A stretch of DNA of 64,000 nt, taken from contig JBBRTB010000005.1 of assembly GCA_038244815.1 (NCBI GenBank), positions 16,387 through 80,386 on the forward strand. The letters are read 5' to 3'. Both the position numbers and the translations under genes were made by a program. This stretch comes from Thermoanaerobaculia bacterium (GTDB taxonomy: Bacteria; Acidobacteriota; Thermoanaerobaculia; Gp7-AA8). Positions 47,312 through 57,654 of this stretch are shown here, piece after piece. Each line of letters starts with the position of its first letter. Within the stretch, counting starts at the first letter, position 1. The notes beneath the pieces were generated by a model. That model searched no databases. It was not told where the DNA came from and was given only the letters and a program-made list of their open reading frames with translations.

Positions 47312-47337
47312 GGCGAGCTTCGGCTCGCCTCTTTTTT
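47312..47337 (+). terminator. Rho-independent terminator after ahcY
   Basis: Stem GGCGAGC, loop TTCG, stem GCTCGCC, followed by CTTTTTTG. It starts 27 nt after the ahcY stop. Confidence 0.75.
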
Positions 47338-47388
47338 GCTGTTATGATCCGCTGCACAGCAGGGAGTGCTGTTAAGGAGAATCTCATA

Positions 47389-47838
47389 ATGGCGAGACCC
47401 CGTAAGTCAGCAACCGAACACCATCTTTCAGCCGGGCAGGCAAAGTACGTTCTCGACCGGCTCATCGCCGAGCGTCGTGTTTCGTCGAGTGATGTAAAGC
47501 ACTATGTGAACGACATGCATCGGGAGATCTCGGACCTCGAGCAGCGCCTGCGCTCGCTGCGTGAGGCCACGGGCGACGCCATCCGCGGCGTCATGGAGAA
47601 ACTTCCGGCCGTTCTCGGCGGTAAACGGCGAGGCCGTCCACCCGCGGCCGGCGCCAAGCCGAAAAGGCGACGGGCCAGGATCACGCCCGAGCAACTGGCC
47701 TCACGCCAGCTTCAGGGACGCTACCTCGGTCTGATCCGCCAGATTCCGGCGTCGCGCCGCGGCACGTATCAGAAGATCGCCAAGGAGCGCGGACGCGAAG
47801 CGGCCATCAGGGAAATGATGACCACGCTCAAGAAGTAG
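47389..47838 (+). CDS. Small basic hypothetical protein with a coiled-coil and an AT-hook-like KRRGRPP motif
   Basis: ATG at 47389 is preceded by AAGGAG. The 149-aa product has the central segment GGKRRGRPPAAGAKPKRRRARI. Confidence 0.5.
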   Translation: MARPRKSATEHHLSAGQAKYVLDRLIAERRVSSSDVKHYVNDMHREISDLEQRLRSLREATGDAIRGVMEKLPAVLGGKRRGRPPAAGAKPKRRRARITPEQLASRQLQGRYLGLIRQIPASRRGTYQKIAKERGREAAIREMMTTLKK

Positions 47839-47883
47839 CGGGAACGCGGCGGCCGGCGAGGGCCGCCGCCCCCATCGGTGCCG

Positions 47884-48951
47884 TCATTGTGGCGTCACCA
47901 GCGTGACGCGCTGGGTCGTGTTGCTGGTGACGCTCACCAGCGCCCAGTAGCGGCTTCCCGGGGTCAGTGGCTCGACATCGATCCGTACGCCCGCGGGGAG
48001 GAACAGGAACGAGCCGAGCCCCGCGTAACCGGGATGCTGGCCGAAGGGTCCGCTGTCCGGCGCCGTGGTGTTCAGTGTGAATTGCGCGACCGGCGATCCG
48101 TCGGACACCCCTTCGGATTCTTCGAACACGCCCACCCGGAACTGAGCCTCCGGGGCATCCATCTCGTAAACGCGCAGCATCACGCGAAACCGGCTGTCCA
48201 GGGGCACGCCGTGAAAATGCGCGGCCTTGTTCAGAAACCCGCTCTCGCGAACAACGGGAATCTCCGTCCCTGCATCCTCATCGCCACGCGAAGTCTCGTA
48301 GAGCCGAAGACCGGCCGACAGATCGTCGAGCCCGCCCTGATTGACGTACAGCAGCCGGCCGATATTCGTCTGGTCGATGGCGGGCAGATTCAGCATCGTC
48401 TCGTGAGCCTGCAGTTGCCGGGTGAGAGGGAAGACCGGAACGCACAATGCTCCGCGCGGACAGACCCACGGCGCAAGCGTGATCGGATCGGTTCCTTCAT
48501 TGCGAAGCCAGAGCCGTGTATTCCATGACGAGCCATTGCTGCCGGGCGACGGCTGTTCGAGATAGATCGGAAGGAGAACGCGCTGATATCCGGCTTCGTC
48601 GCTGTCGCTGTAGACGAATGCCCCGGGTGCGGTCACGCTGCGGCCGTCGCCGGTGCGAACCATGACATCGACGACGCCCGGCGAGTGCGGCTGGATCTTC
48701 ACGGCCAGCAGTGTCTCGGACTCCTGCAGCAGCATGGCTTGCGCGCCGCCGAATGTGACTCGCGTCGGGCACGGCAGAAGGCAGGCGAAATTCGGCGGCA
48801 GCGAGAGGTGATCGCCGGCGATGGTGACCTCGGTGCCGCCGGCGGTCGGGCCGGCCGAGGGAGTCACGCGTTGGATGACCGGCGGCGCCTGCGCGAAGGA
48901 AGTCAGCGGAACCAGCAACAGCGACGAAATCAGGAAACGTTTCATGGGCAC
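47884..48951 (-). CDS. Secreted IPT/TIG domain-containing protein
   Basis: Signal MPMKRFLISSLLLVPLTSFAQA. It continues PVIQRVTPSAGPTAGGTEVTIAGDHL...VTFGG...VVDVMVRTGDGRS, an IPT/TIG pattern. Confidence 0.75.
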   Translation of the reverse strand: MPMKRFLISSLLLVPLTSFAQAPPVIQRVTPSAGPTAGGTEVTIAGDHLSLPPNFACLLPCPTRVTFGGAQAMLLQESETLLAVKIQPHSPGVVDVMVRTGDGRSVTAPGAFVYSDSDEAGYQRVLLPIYLEQPSPGSNGSSWNTRLWLRNEGTDPITLAPWVCPRGALCVPVFPLTRQLQAHETMLNLPAIDQTNIGRLLYVNQGGLDDLSAGLRLYETSRGDEDAGTEIPVVRESGFLNKAAHFHGVPLDSRFRVMLRVYEMDAPEAQFRVGVFEESEGVSDGSPVAQFTLNTTAPDSGPFGQHPGYAGLGSFLFLPAGVRIDVEPLTPGSRYWALVSVTSNTTQRVTLVTPQ

Positions 48952-48980
48952 GATCCTATCGGCAGCGATACACTCACGCC

Positions 48981-50303
48981 GTGATCAGAACGGTGACTCT
49001 TCTGCTGCTGATGGTCGTGGCGCCGCTGCGCGCGAACACGACCATCACGCTTCTTCATGTCTCTGACTATCACTCCCATGCCCTGCCGTTCTACTCGGAG
49101 GGATCGACCATGGGCGGCATCGCCCGGGCCATCGGCTTCATGGAGCGTCACAAGCAGAAGGGCGCGCTGGTCTTCAACGGTGGAGACATGATGAATAAGG
49201 GCGCACCGGCGTGGTCGGACAAGTACCACTGCGCCGAGTGGCCCTGGCTCAACGGCGTCGTCGACGCCATGGCTCTCGGCAACCACGACGCCGACTACGG
49301 CAACGAGGAATTCGAGCGCTGCCGCGCGCTCGTCCGCTACCCGATTCTCAGTGCCAATACCGCGGGCTTCGAGCGTTATCTGCTGTTCGAGAGGAAAGGG
49401 ATTCGCATTGGCGTGTTCGCCGTCGCCGGCGTGGACTTTCCTCATCTCATCACCAATGCGAAGTTCACGTTCACCGACCCGGTCGCGGCCGCCCGCGATG
49501 TCGTGAAGACTCTGCGGGAGCGTGAGCATGCCGACGCGGTGGTCATGATCGGGCATGAGCGGGCGGAGGACGACTACCGTCTGGCCGCGTCGGTTCCCGG
49601 AATCGACCTGATCTTCGGCTCGCACGCGCATCTCAAACGCGACCTGACGATGATTCCGGGTACGCACACCTGGTTCATCTCTCCCTATCAATACGCAACG
49701 TACGTGAGTGTCGTCGAGATGACGTTCGATCACCGGCGTCTGATCGGGGTCACAGGCCGGCTCGTTCCGATGGACGGATCGATCGCTCCCGATGGACGGA
49801 TCGCAGCGCGCGTCGGCGTGATGCAGCGCGATCTGGAGAACGATCCGGCCTACCGGGGACTCTTCATGCCGGTAGCAAAGCTGGCCGCGCCGATGAACGT
49901 CGATGCTCTGGCGCGGTTCACCGTGGCCACGATGCGCGAGATCACGGCAGCGGACGTGGCCCTTTCCACCGCCAGCAGCTTCCGCCAGTCGCTCCCCTCC
50001 GGCTTGCTCGATCGGGAGACCCTGCGTGCCGCGCTGCCGTACGACAACGAGATCGTGGTGGCAAAGCTCACCGGAGAACAACTGAAAGCGGTTCTGAAGC
50101 TTGCAGCAACACCGGATCCGGCCAATGAGGCACGCTCGTTCAGCACGCCCCTGCCGCCGGTCGACCCGTCACGATCCTATGCCGTGGCCGTCACCGACTA
50201 CATGGCCAGAGTGAGTCCTCCTTATCGCGACATCTTCAGAAAAGCGACGATCGAGAACACGGGTCTTCATGTCACCACCGAGGTGATGAAGCGGCTGCAG
50301 TGA
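48981..50303 (+). CDS. Bifunctional metallophosphatase / 5'-nucleotidase family protein
   Basis: GTG start and a signal peptide. Contains HVSDYHSH, NGGDMM, GNHDADYG, GHERAEDD and GSHAH, followed by a 5'-nucleotidase C-terminal-like domain. Confidence 0.85.
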   Translation: MIRTVTLLLLMVVAPLRANTTITLLHVSDYHSHALPFYSEGSTMGGIARAIGFMERHKQKGALVFNGGDMMNKGAPAWSDKYHCAEWPWLNGVVDAMALGNHDADYGNEEFERCRALVRYPILSANTAGFERYLLFERKGIRIGVFAVAGVDFPHLITNAKFTFTDPVAAARDVVKTLREREHADAVVMIGHERAEDDYRLAASVPGIDLIFGSHAHLKRDLTMIPGTHTWFISPYQYATYVSVVEMTFDHRRLIGVTGRLVPMDGSIAPDGRIAARVGVMQRDLENDPAYRGLFMPVAKLAAPMNVDALARFTVATMREITAADVALSTASSFRQSLPSGLLDRETLRAALPYDNEIVVAKLTGEQLKAVLKLAATPDPANEARSFSTPLPPVDPSRSYAVAVTDYMARVSPPYRDIFRKATIENTGLHVTTEVMKRLQ

Positions 50304-50358
50304 GCGTACGCCTTGACCGTCGTTCTCCTGCGAATATGATGTCGCGGCGTCGTACGAG

Positions 50359-51054
50359 GTGAATTCGAGAATGTCGTTCTTCGGCAACTTCTATCGATCC
50401 GCCATCGGCAAGAAGGCGGTGATGGCCGTGACGGGCGTGATCCTCTTCGGATGGATCTTCCTGCACATGGTCGGCAACCTGAAGCTGTACCTCGGTCCCG
50501 AGCACCTGAACGAGTACGCACACTGGCTGCGCCTGCTGGGAACACCGGCCATGCCCGAGACCGCGGCGCTTTGGATCGTCCGCAGCCTGCTGATCGTTTG
50601 CGTGGTGTTCCACATCCACGCGGCCTACGCGCTGACGATGATGAACCGCGCCGCCCGGCCGGACGGCTACCACGACCGCGAGTACATCGCCGGCACCTAC
50701 GCCGCGCGCACGATGCGATGGGGCGGGGTGATCATCCTCCTGTTCATCTTCTACCATCTCGCCCACCTGACGTTCGGCGCGCACGTGACGCCGGTTCCGT
50801 TTGTGAAGGACGACCCGTACCACAACGTCGTGGCCGGATTTCAGGTCTGGTGGGTGTCGATGATCTACATCGTCGCCAACCTGGCACTCGGACTTCACCT
50901 CTATCACGGCGTCTGGAGCATGTTCAATTCGCTCGGTATCAATCATCCGAGATTCAATCCATGGCGGCGCTACTTCGCGACCACCTTCGCGCTGCTGATC
51001 ACGGTCGCGAACGTGTCGTTCCCGATCATGGTGCTGATGGGCGTGGTGAGGTGA
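50359..51054 (+). CDS. sdhC: Succinate dehydrogenase cytochrome b558 subunit
   Basis: About 230 aa with 5 TM segments. The N-terminus [34 protein letters not shown] is typical of the b558 family. The start could be ATG at 50371. Confidence 0.85.
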   Translation: MNSRMSFFGNFYRSAIGKKAVMAVTGVILFGWIFLHMVGNLKLYLGPEHLNEYAHWLRLLGTPAMPETAALWIVRSLLIVCVVFHIHAAYALTMMNRAARPDGYHDREYIAGTYAARTMRWGGVIILLFIFYHLAHLTFGAHVTPVPFVKDDPYHNVVAGFQVWWVSMIYIVANLALGLHLYHGVWSMFNSLGINHPRFNPWRRYFATTFALLITVANVSFPIMVLMGVVR

Positions 51055-51058
51055 CGTC

Positions 51059-52972
51059 ATGGAACTGAACGCAAAGATTCCTCCCGGTCCGATCGCCGAG
51101 AAATGGACCTCCGCCAAGTCCCACTACAAACTCGTCAACCCCACCAACAAGCGCAGGTACGACATCATCGTCGTTGGCGCAGGTCTGGCCGGCGCTTCGG
51201 CCGCGGCCACGCTCGGTGAGCTCGGCTACAACGTCAAGTGCTTCGTCTTCCACGACAGCCCGCGCCGCGCGCACTCGATCGCCGCGCAGGGCGGCATCAA
51301 CGCGGCGAAGAACTACCGCAACGACGGCGACAGCGTGTACCGGCTGTTCTACGACACGGTCAAGGGGGGCGATTACCGCTCGCGCGAGTCGAACGTGCAT
51401 CGCCTGGCCGAGCTCTCGGTCGACATCATCGACCAGGCCGTGGCGCAGGGCGTGCCGTTCGCGCGTGAGTACGGCGGACTGCTGGAGAACCGCTCGTTTG
51501 GCGGCGTACAGGTCTCGCGCACGTTCTACGCGCGCGGACAGACCGGCCAGCAGCTTCTCCTCGGCGCTTTCCAGGCGCTGGAGCGCCAGATCGCGCTGGG
51601 CACCGTGAAGATGTTCCCGCGGCACGACATGCTCGACGTGGTCATCGTGGACGGTCAGGCCAAGGGCATCGTCACCCGCGACATGGTCAGCGGAAAGATC
51701 GAGTCCCACGCCGGCGACGCGGTCGTTCTGGCTACCGGCGGCTACGCGAACGTCTTCTATCTCTCCACGAACGCCAAAGCCTCGAACGCCACGGCCATCT
51801 GGCGCGCGTACCGGCGCGGCGCGGCGTTCGCCAATCCCTGCTACACCCAGATTCATCCGACCTGTATTCCGCAGACCGGCGACTTCCAGTCCAAGCTGAC
51901 GCTGATGTCGGAATCGTTGCGCAACGACGGGCGCATCTGGGTTCCCAAGAAGGCTGGCGACCACCGGCCGCCGCTGCAGATCGCCGAGGACGAGCGCGAC
52001 TACTACCTGGAGCGCAAGTACCCGAGCTTTGGCAACCTCGCTCCTCGCGACATCGCCTCACGCGCTGCCAAGGAAGTGTGCGACGAGGGCCGCGGTGTCG
52101 GTCCCGGCGGGCGCGGCGTCTATCTCGACTTCGCCGACGCCATCAAGCGCCTCGGCCGTCACACCATCGAAGAGCGCTACGGGAACCTCTTCGAGATGTA
52201 TCACGACATCACGGCCGAGGATCCCTATTCGATGCCGATGCGCATCTACCCGGCGCCGCACTACACGATGGGCGGACTGTGGGTCGACTACAACCTCATG
52301 AGCACGATTCCCGGCCTGTACGTGGCGGGCGAAGCGAATTTCTCCGACCATGGCGCGAACCGGCTCGGCGCGAGCGCGCTCATGCAGGGCCTCGCCGACG
52401 GCTACTTCGTGGTTCCCATCACGATCGGCGACTACCTGTCCGCGCAGCTCGGCAAGAAGGTGACGTACGACCGCCCGGAATTCAAGCAGGCCGAAGCGGA
52501 CGTTCACGCCCGCGTCGACAGGCTGCTCGGGGCGAAGGGGAAGCGCACGGTCGACTCCTTCCATCGCCAGCTCGGCTCGATCATGTGGGAGTACTGCGGC
52601 ATGACCCGAAGCGCCGAGGGGCTCCGGAAGGCCAGGGGCCTGGTGAAGGAGTTGCGCGAGCAGTACTGGCGCAACGTGCGCGTGCTGGGAAACGAGGAGG
52701 AACCGAATCAGGCCCTGGAGAAGGCCTGCCGCGTGGCCGACTTCTTCGAGCTGGCCGAACTGATGTGCATCGACGCGCTCGATCGCAATGAATCGTGCGG
52801 CGGCCACTTCCGTGTCGAATACCAGACCGCGGACGGCGAGGCGCTGCGCGATGACGAGAAATACCTCTACGTGGCCGCGTGGCAGTTCAAGGGTGACGGC
52901 AACGAGCCGGCCCTCAACAAGGAGCCGCTCGTGTACGAAGAGTTGAAGCTGGCCACGAGGTCCTACAAATGA
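51059..52972 (+). CDS. sdhA: Succinate dehydrogenase / fumarate reductase flavoprotein subunit
   Basis: 637 aa. FAD fold [31 protein letters not shown], and [10 protein letters not shown]. Confidence 0.95.
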   Translation: MELNAKIPPGPIAEKWTSAKSHYKLVNPTNKRRYDIIVVGAGLAGASAAATLGELGYNVKCFVFHDSPRRAHSIAAQGGINAAKNYRNDGDSVYRLFYDTVKGGDYRSRESNVHRLAELSVDIIDQAVAQGVPFAREYGGLLENRSFGGVQVSRTFYARGQTGQQLLLGAFQALERQIALGTVKMFPRHDMLDVVIVDGQAKGIVTRDMVSGKIESHAGDAVVLATGGYANVFYLSTNAKASNATAIWRAYRRGAAFANPCYTQIHPTCIPQTGDFQSKLTLMSESLRNDGRIWVPKKAGDHRPPLQIAEDERDYYLERKYPSFGNLAPRDIASRAAKEVCDEGRGVGPGGRGVYLDFADAIKRLGRHTIEERYGNLFEMYHDITAEDPYSMPMRIYPAPHYTMGGLWVDYNLMSTIPGLYVAGEANFSDHGANRLGASALMQGLADGYFVVPITIGDYLSAQLGKKVTYDRPEFKQAEADVHARVDRLLGAKGKRTVDSFHRQLGSIMWEYCGMTRSAEGLRKARGLVKELREQYWRNVRVLGNEEEPNQALEKACRVADFFELAELMCIDALDRNESCGGHFRVEYQTADGEALRDDEKYLYVAAWQFKGDGNEPALNKEPLVYEELKLATRSYK

Positions 52973-53709
52973 ATCTGACTCTTCATGTATGGCGCCAGAA
53001 AGCGCGCGGCGCCAGGGGCGCCTTCGTCGAATACAAAGCGGAGAACATCAGCCCCGACGCGTCGTTTCTGGAGATGCTCGACGTCGTCAACGAGGGATTG
53101 ATCGAGCGCGGCGAGGAAGCGATCCACTTCGAGCACGATTGCCGCGAGGGCATCTGCGGATCGTGCGGCATGATGATCAACGGCGTCGCTCATGGTCCGG
53201 TCGGAGGAACGGCCACGTGTCAGCTGCACATGCGGCACTTCAAGGACGGCGATGTCATCTGGGTCGAGCCGTGGCGGGCCCGCGTGTTCCCGGTGATCAA
53301 GGATCTCATCGTCGACCGCAGCCCGCTCGACAAGATCATGCAGGCCGGCGGCTTCATCTCCGTGAACACGGGCAGCGCGCCGGAAGCGAACGACACGCTC
53401 ATTTCGAAGGCCGTCCAGGAAGTGTCAATGGACGCCGCGGCATGCATTCAGTGCGGCGCCTGCGTGGCCCAGTGTCCGAACGGCGCCGCGCAGCTCTTCA
53501 CCTCCGCCAAAGTCTCCCACCTCGGACTCCTGCCGCAGGGACAGCCGGAGCGCTACGAGCGCGTCGTGCGCATGGTCGAAGTGATGGAATCAATGTTCGG
53601 CAGCTGCACGATGTTCGGGGAATGCGAAGCCGTCTGCCCGAAGGGCATCTCCATCGACTTCATCGCCCGCATGAATGGCGATTACATCAAGGCGAAGTTC
53701 AAGTCGTAA
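52969..53709 (+). CDS. sdhB: Succinate dehydrogenase / fumarate reductase iron-sulfur subunit
   Basis: Start overlaps the sdhA stop (ATGA). Cys clusters: [43 protein letters not shown]. Confidence 0.95.
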   Translation: MNLTLHVWRQKARGARGAFVEYKAENISPDASFLEMLDVVNEGLIERGEEAIHFEHDCREGICGSCGMMINGVAHGPVGGTATCQLHMRHFKDGDVIWVEPWRARVFPVIKDLIVDRSPLDKIMQAGGFISVNTGSAPEANDTLISKAVQEVSMDAAACIQCGACVAQCPNGAAQLFTSAKVSHLGLLPQGQPERYERVVRMVEVMESMFGSCTMFGECEAVCPKGISIDFIARMNGDYIKAKFKS

Positions 53710-53741
53710 AACCGTCCTCGGTCGCTTTCGGTCCCGGGTAT

Positions 53742-53769
53742 TCCGAGCACCGAGCACCCAGCACCTGCG
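53742..53769. repeat. Heptamer tandem repeat CCGAGCA CCGAGCA CCCAGCA CCTGCGA after sdhB
   Basis: Four consecutive related 7-mers start 33 nt after the sdhB stop. They are the reverse-complement type of the GGTGCTG/GGTGCTC units seen at 11208 and 60685. Confidence 0.7.
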
Positions 53770-54078
53770 ACCATCACGAAGTCTTTCTCCGCGGCTGACA
53801 CGTTGCTGACGCTCGCACCTGTACAACGGGGTGGTCGTAGCAGCGGTACTCGTGGTCGTCGTCCCTGACGTGTCAGCTTCGTCGTGAACGTGTGGAGGTG
53901 CTGGTTTGTCCCGGTCTGTGCCGCCAGGCGCGATCGTTCGGATCCGGACACGCGATGACGATGGCCACGAGCACCGCCACAACGGTGAGGTCCGGTCATG
54001 CCGGACTTACGTCCGCATCAGCGCGGTAAGCACGGTATGATTTCGGTGTCCATTTCTTAAGATAAGTTGGAGGTCCCG

Positions 54079-56490
54079 GTGGCGAATGCCCCTGCAGCAC
54101 CGGAACTCGACAGCGTCGTGGCCGAGGCGGCGCGAGCCGCCAATGTGCCGGTGGCGTTCGTCGGATTCGTTGAAAAAGCCGGCGAGTCGGTCAAGGCCGC
54201 CCGCGGCTGGAACGTCGCCGTGATTCCGCCCGCGGTCTCATTTGCGATCCGCATCGCCAACCAGACCGATGTCGTCGTCGTGCCCGATGCCACTCAGGAC
54301 GAACGCTTCTCGTCGCATCCGCTCGTGACCGGGGCGCCGAACATCCGTTTTTACGCCGGCGCCCCGATTATGGTGGACGGCTCGTTCGTGGGGGCCTTGT
54401 CGGTGATCGACCGGGCACCGCGCACGCTCTCGCAGGAGCAGATCGCAGTGCTCCGCCTCCTGGCCCGTCAGGTGGGGCGTGAGATCGAGGTGCGCCAGGA
54501 GAAAGAAGAGCTCAACGAACGATTCCGCGAGTTCTTCGAACAGACCGACGATCTGGTGATGAGCATCGGAGCCGATCTGCGCCTCGTTCATTGCAACGAA
54601 GCCGTGCCCAACGCGCTCGGCCATTCGCGTGAAGAGGTCTCCTCGCAGCCGCTGCTGAAGCTCGTCGCCCCGGACGTGCGCGACGAGTTCCGCAGCACAT
54701 TCTCCAGCGTATTCGAATCGGGAGAGCCGCAGACTCTCGAAACCGTGTTCGTCACCTCGGGCGGGCGGCGCATGACCGTGGAGGGCTCGCTGCGCCCGCG
54801 CGTAGTCGACGGCCGTACGCACATGATCCGCGTGATCTTCCGTGACATCACAGAACGCAAGGAGTTCGAGTCGGAGCTCGGCAATGCCCGCGATGCGGCG
54901 CTGGAAGCGGCGCGCCTGAAGTCGCAGTTCCTCACCAACGTCAGCCACGAGATCCGTACGCCCATGAACGGGATCATCGGCATGCTCGATCTCCTGGAGT
55001 CGACGCAGCTCAACGAGGAGCAGCGCGACTACGCCGGTCAGGCCATCACCAACGCTCATCACCTCCTGGCCATCGTCAACAACATCCTCTATGTGTCGAA
55101 CGTCGAAGCGGGCGGACTGGGATCAGCGAACGTCGACTTCGATGTCTACAAGACCCTCCAACGCGTCGTCGATGTCATGGGCGTGGCGGCCCTCGGCAAG
55201 GATGTCGAAGTCACGTTCGCCTACGACAAGAACCTCCCTCCGATCATGCGCGGCAATCAGGGCCGCCTGCGTCAGGTGGTGACGAATCTGATGGAGAACG
55301 CCGTCAAGTTCACCGAGGAAGGCAAGATCGTTCTGCGCGTCTCGCAGCAGACCGAAACCGACACCCATCGCGTCGTCCGCTTCGAAGTCCAGGACACCGG
55401 CATCGGGATTTCCGATGAGAATCGTCTGTTGCTTTTCGAGAAGTTCTCGCAGGTCGACGGCTCGCAATCACGGAAGTATCAGGGCGCGGGTCTCGGACTG
55501 GCCACGGCCAGGCAGCTCGTCGAGACGATGGGCGGACTGATCGACGTCGAGAGCAAAGCGGGAATCGGATCGACATTCTGGTTCACCGTGCCGTTCCCCA
55601 AACACGCCCAGGGTACCAATCCGATCGCCTCCTCGGCACTGGAGTTCCGAGGCAAGCGGGCCCTGCTCATCGACTCCTACCCTACGAGCAGGAAAATCGT
55701 GCAGCACTATCTCGATTCCATCTGGGGAATGCGCGTCGACATCGCCGACACGGCCATGGCTGCGCTGTCCGCCATGCGTCAGGCGCCGGAGGGCGATCCT
55801 TTCCGCGTGGTGCTCTTCGATTCCATGTCCGATATCGACCCCTACTCGTTCGCAAACGAAGTGCGCGCCGATCCCAGGCTGGCCGCGGCGAGCCTGATCT
55901 ACCTGGTGGCGGCGAACACCGACGTGAACCGGGAGAAGATGCGTCAGGCCGGGATCAACTCGTACGTCGCCAAGCCCGTCAGTCAGACCGAGTTGTTCGA
56001 CGCCATGACGGTGGCGCTGGCCCACGATGCCCTCATGCTGGCCAAACCGGTCGCCCAGCCGGCCAGTCCGGAAGTGGCCGTGCCGGCGGTGGTCTCGCCG
56101 GAAATGCGCAAGAAAGTACGCGTGCTGCTGGCCGAAGACAATTTCCTGAACGCGAAGCTGACGCTCAGCCAGTTGGCGAAACTCGGTTATGACGCCGACT
56201 CCGTTCCGAACGGCAAGGAAGCGATCAACGCCATCACCAAGAACGATTACCAGATCATTCTGATGGATTGCCAGATGCCGATCTGCGATGGTTATCAGGC
56301 CACCATCGAGATCCGCAGGATCGATCGGGAGCGCGGTGCCAAACGCCGCATCATCGCCATGACCGCCAACGCCCTCGAAGGCGATCGGGAGAAATGCCTG
56401 GCCGCGGGCATGGACGACTATCTCTCCAAGCCCACCAAGCACGAAGAGCTGGAGACCGCGCTCGGCCGCTACTTCTCGAAGTCAGGATGA
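54079..56490 (+). CDS. Hybrid sensor histidine kinase (GAF-PAS-HisKA-HATPase plus two receiver domains)
   Basis: GTG at 54079 follows GGAGG; an in-frame TTG at 54067 is also possible. GAF: FYAGAPIMVDGSFVGALSVIDRAPR. H-box: FLTNVSHEIRTPMNGIIG. G-boxes: DTGIGIS...GAGLGLATARQLVE. Terminal receiver: VLLAEDNFLN...ILMDCQMPICDGY...AMTANA. Confidence 0.9.
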   Translation: MANAPAAPELDSVVAEAARAANVPVAFVGFVEKAGESVKAARGWNVAVIPPAVSFAIRIANQTDVVVVPDATQDERFSSHPLVTGAPNIRFYAGAPIMVDGSFVGALSVIDRAPRTLSQEQIAVLRLLARQVGREIEVRQEKEELNERFREFFEQTDDLVMSIGADLRLVHCNEAVPNALGHSREEVSSQPLLKLVAPDVRDEFRSTFSSVFESGEPQTLETVFVTSGGRRMTVEGSLRPRVVDGRTHMIRVIFRDITERKEFESELGNARDAALEAARLKSQFLTNVSHEIRTPMNGIIGMLDLLESTQLNEEQRDYAGQAITNAHHLLAIVNNILYVSNVEAGGLGSANVDFDVYKTLQRVVDVMGVAALGKDVEVTFAYDKNLPPIMRGNQGRLRQVVTNLMENAVKFTEEGKIVLRVSQQTETDTHRVVRFEVQDTGIGISDENRLLLFEKFSQVDGSQSRKYQGAGLGLATARQLVETMGGLIDVESKAGIGSTFWFTVPFPKHAQGTNPIASSALEFRGKRALLIDSYPTSRKIVQHYLDSIWGMRVDIADTAMAALSAMRQAPEGDPFRVVLFDSMSDIDPYSFANEVRADPRLAAASLIYLVAANTDVNREKMRQAGINSYVAKPVSQTELFDAMTVALAHDALMLAKPVAQPASPEVAVPAVVSPEMRKKVRVLLAEDNFLNAKLTLSQLAKLGYDADSVPNGKEAINAITKNDYQIILMDCQMPICDGYQATIEIRRIDRERGAKRRIIAMTANALEGDREKCLAAGMDDYLSKPTKHEELETALGRYFSKSG

Positions 56491-57654
56491 CAGGAGCGTC
56501 TTCAGCGCTTCCGCCAGCCGTTCATACTCTTCTTCCTCGTTGTACAACTGCGCTGAGACACGCAGCAGGCGCCGGGGCGGGTGTGGCCACGGCACGACGG
56601 GCACTTCGATCGCGAATGTTTCGAACAGCGCATCCTGCAGAGGGTCGCCATAGAGACTCGGTGCGACGGAGGCCTTTCCGTCCGGCAGCGGAAGTGCGGC
56701 CATCGAGCCGAGCATGGCATCGGGCGCGGGGGACGCAACGCCGAGAGCGCCGGCCAGGATGTCGCGGGCGCGCAACGCCAGGGCGTGGTTGCGCCGCATG
56801 ATCTCGGGCCAGCCGCCCGCGGCGAGCGAGGCCATGAACCGCAGCGACTCGGGAACGCACAGCCAGGCGCTCGGGTCGAACGTGCCCGTCCAGTCAAACT
56901 CCAGCCAGTAGCGGCTGCGATCGGTGCGCTCCGCATTCGCGCCGTGGCTGATGGCGATGGGCCGGACGGTGGCGCGCCGGTTCTCGCGCACAGAGAGAAA
57001 CGCGGCCCCTTTCGGCGCGCACACCCACTTGTGCAGATTGCCCGTGTAGTACGCGGCACCGATGTCGCGCACCTGCAGCGGGATCATTCCCGGAGCGTGC
57101 GCGCCGTCGACGAGCGTGTCGATGCCTCGCGCGGTCATCTCCCGCACGAGCGTCTCGACCGGCTGGATGATCGCGGTCTGGCTCGTCACGTGATCGATGA
57201 GCAGAAGGCGCGTCCTGCTGGTGACGCGGGCCAGGATCCGCTCCACGATCTCGTCAGGGGAAGAGAGAGGAAAGGGCGTCTCGGCGACCACCACTCTGGC
57301 CCCGGCCATCTGGGCGACGTACTCGAGAGCGTTGCGGCATGCGTTGTACTCCTGCGTCGTGACCAGAAGCTCGTCGAACCTGTCGAGATCGAGTGAGCGC
57401 AGCACGCTGTTGACGCCGGCGGTGGCATTGGGGACGAAGACGAGACCATCCTCGTCCGCGCCGACGAAAGCGGCCACGGCGCGGCGGGCGTCGTCGAGGA
57501 GCGGCTCCAGCTCGCGCACGAGAAAGCGCACGGGCTCGCGCTCCATCCGCGCGCGCCATTCGTCCTGCTTCGCCAGAACGGCGATCGGCGTCGCACCGAA
57601 CGACCCGTGATTCAGATGCGCGATGTCGCGCTCCAGCAGCCAGTGTTCCCTCAT
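56482..57654 (-). CDS. Class V PLP-dependent aminotransferase-fold enzyme (isopenicillin-N-epimerase / cysteine desulfurase-like)
   Basis: 390 aa. Contains LNHGSFGATP, FVPNATAGVNSV, LIDHVTSQTA and YTGNLHKWVCAPKGAAFL, which holds the PLP lysine. Confidence 0.85.
   Translation of the reverse strand: MREHWLLERDIAHLNHGSFGATPIAVLAKQDEWRARMEREPVRFLVRELEPLLDDARRAVAAFVGADEDGLVFVPNATAGVNSVLRSLDLDRFDELLVTTQEYNACRNALEYVAQMAGARVVVAETPFPLSSPDEIVERILARVTSRTRLLLIDHVTSQTAIIQPVETLVREMTARGIDTLVDGAHAPGMIPLQVRDIGAAYYTGNLHKWVCAPKGAAFLSVRENRRATVRPIAISHGANAERTDRSRYWLEFDWTGTFDPSAWLCVPESLRFMASLAAGGWPEIMRRNHALALRARDILAGALGVASPAPDAMLGSMAALPLPDGKASVAPSLYGDPLQDALFETFAIEVPVVPWPHPPRRLLRVSAQLYNEEEEYERLAEALKTLLSS

Noticed and set aside
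53710-54066. 350-bp gap between sdhB and the hybrid kinase, examined for a small gene or RNA
   Set aside because: Only shadow-type ORFs (53590-53982, 53682-53999) and a 25-codon ORF were found. I recognised no conserved RNA motif. Apart from the heptamer array at 53742-53769 nothing can be supported.
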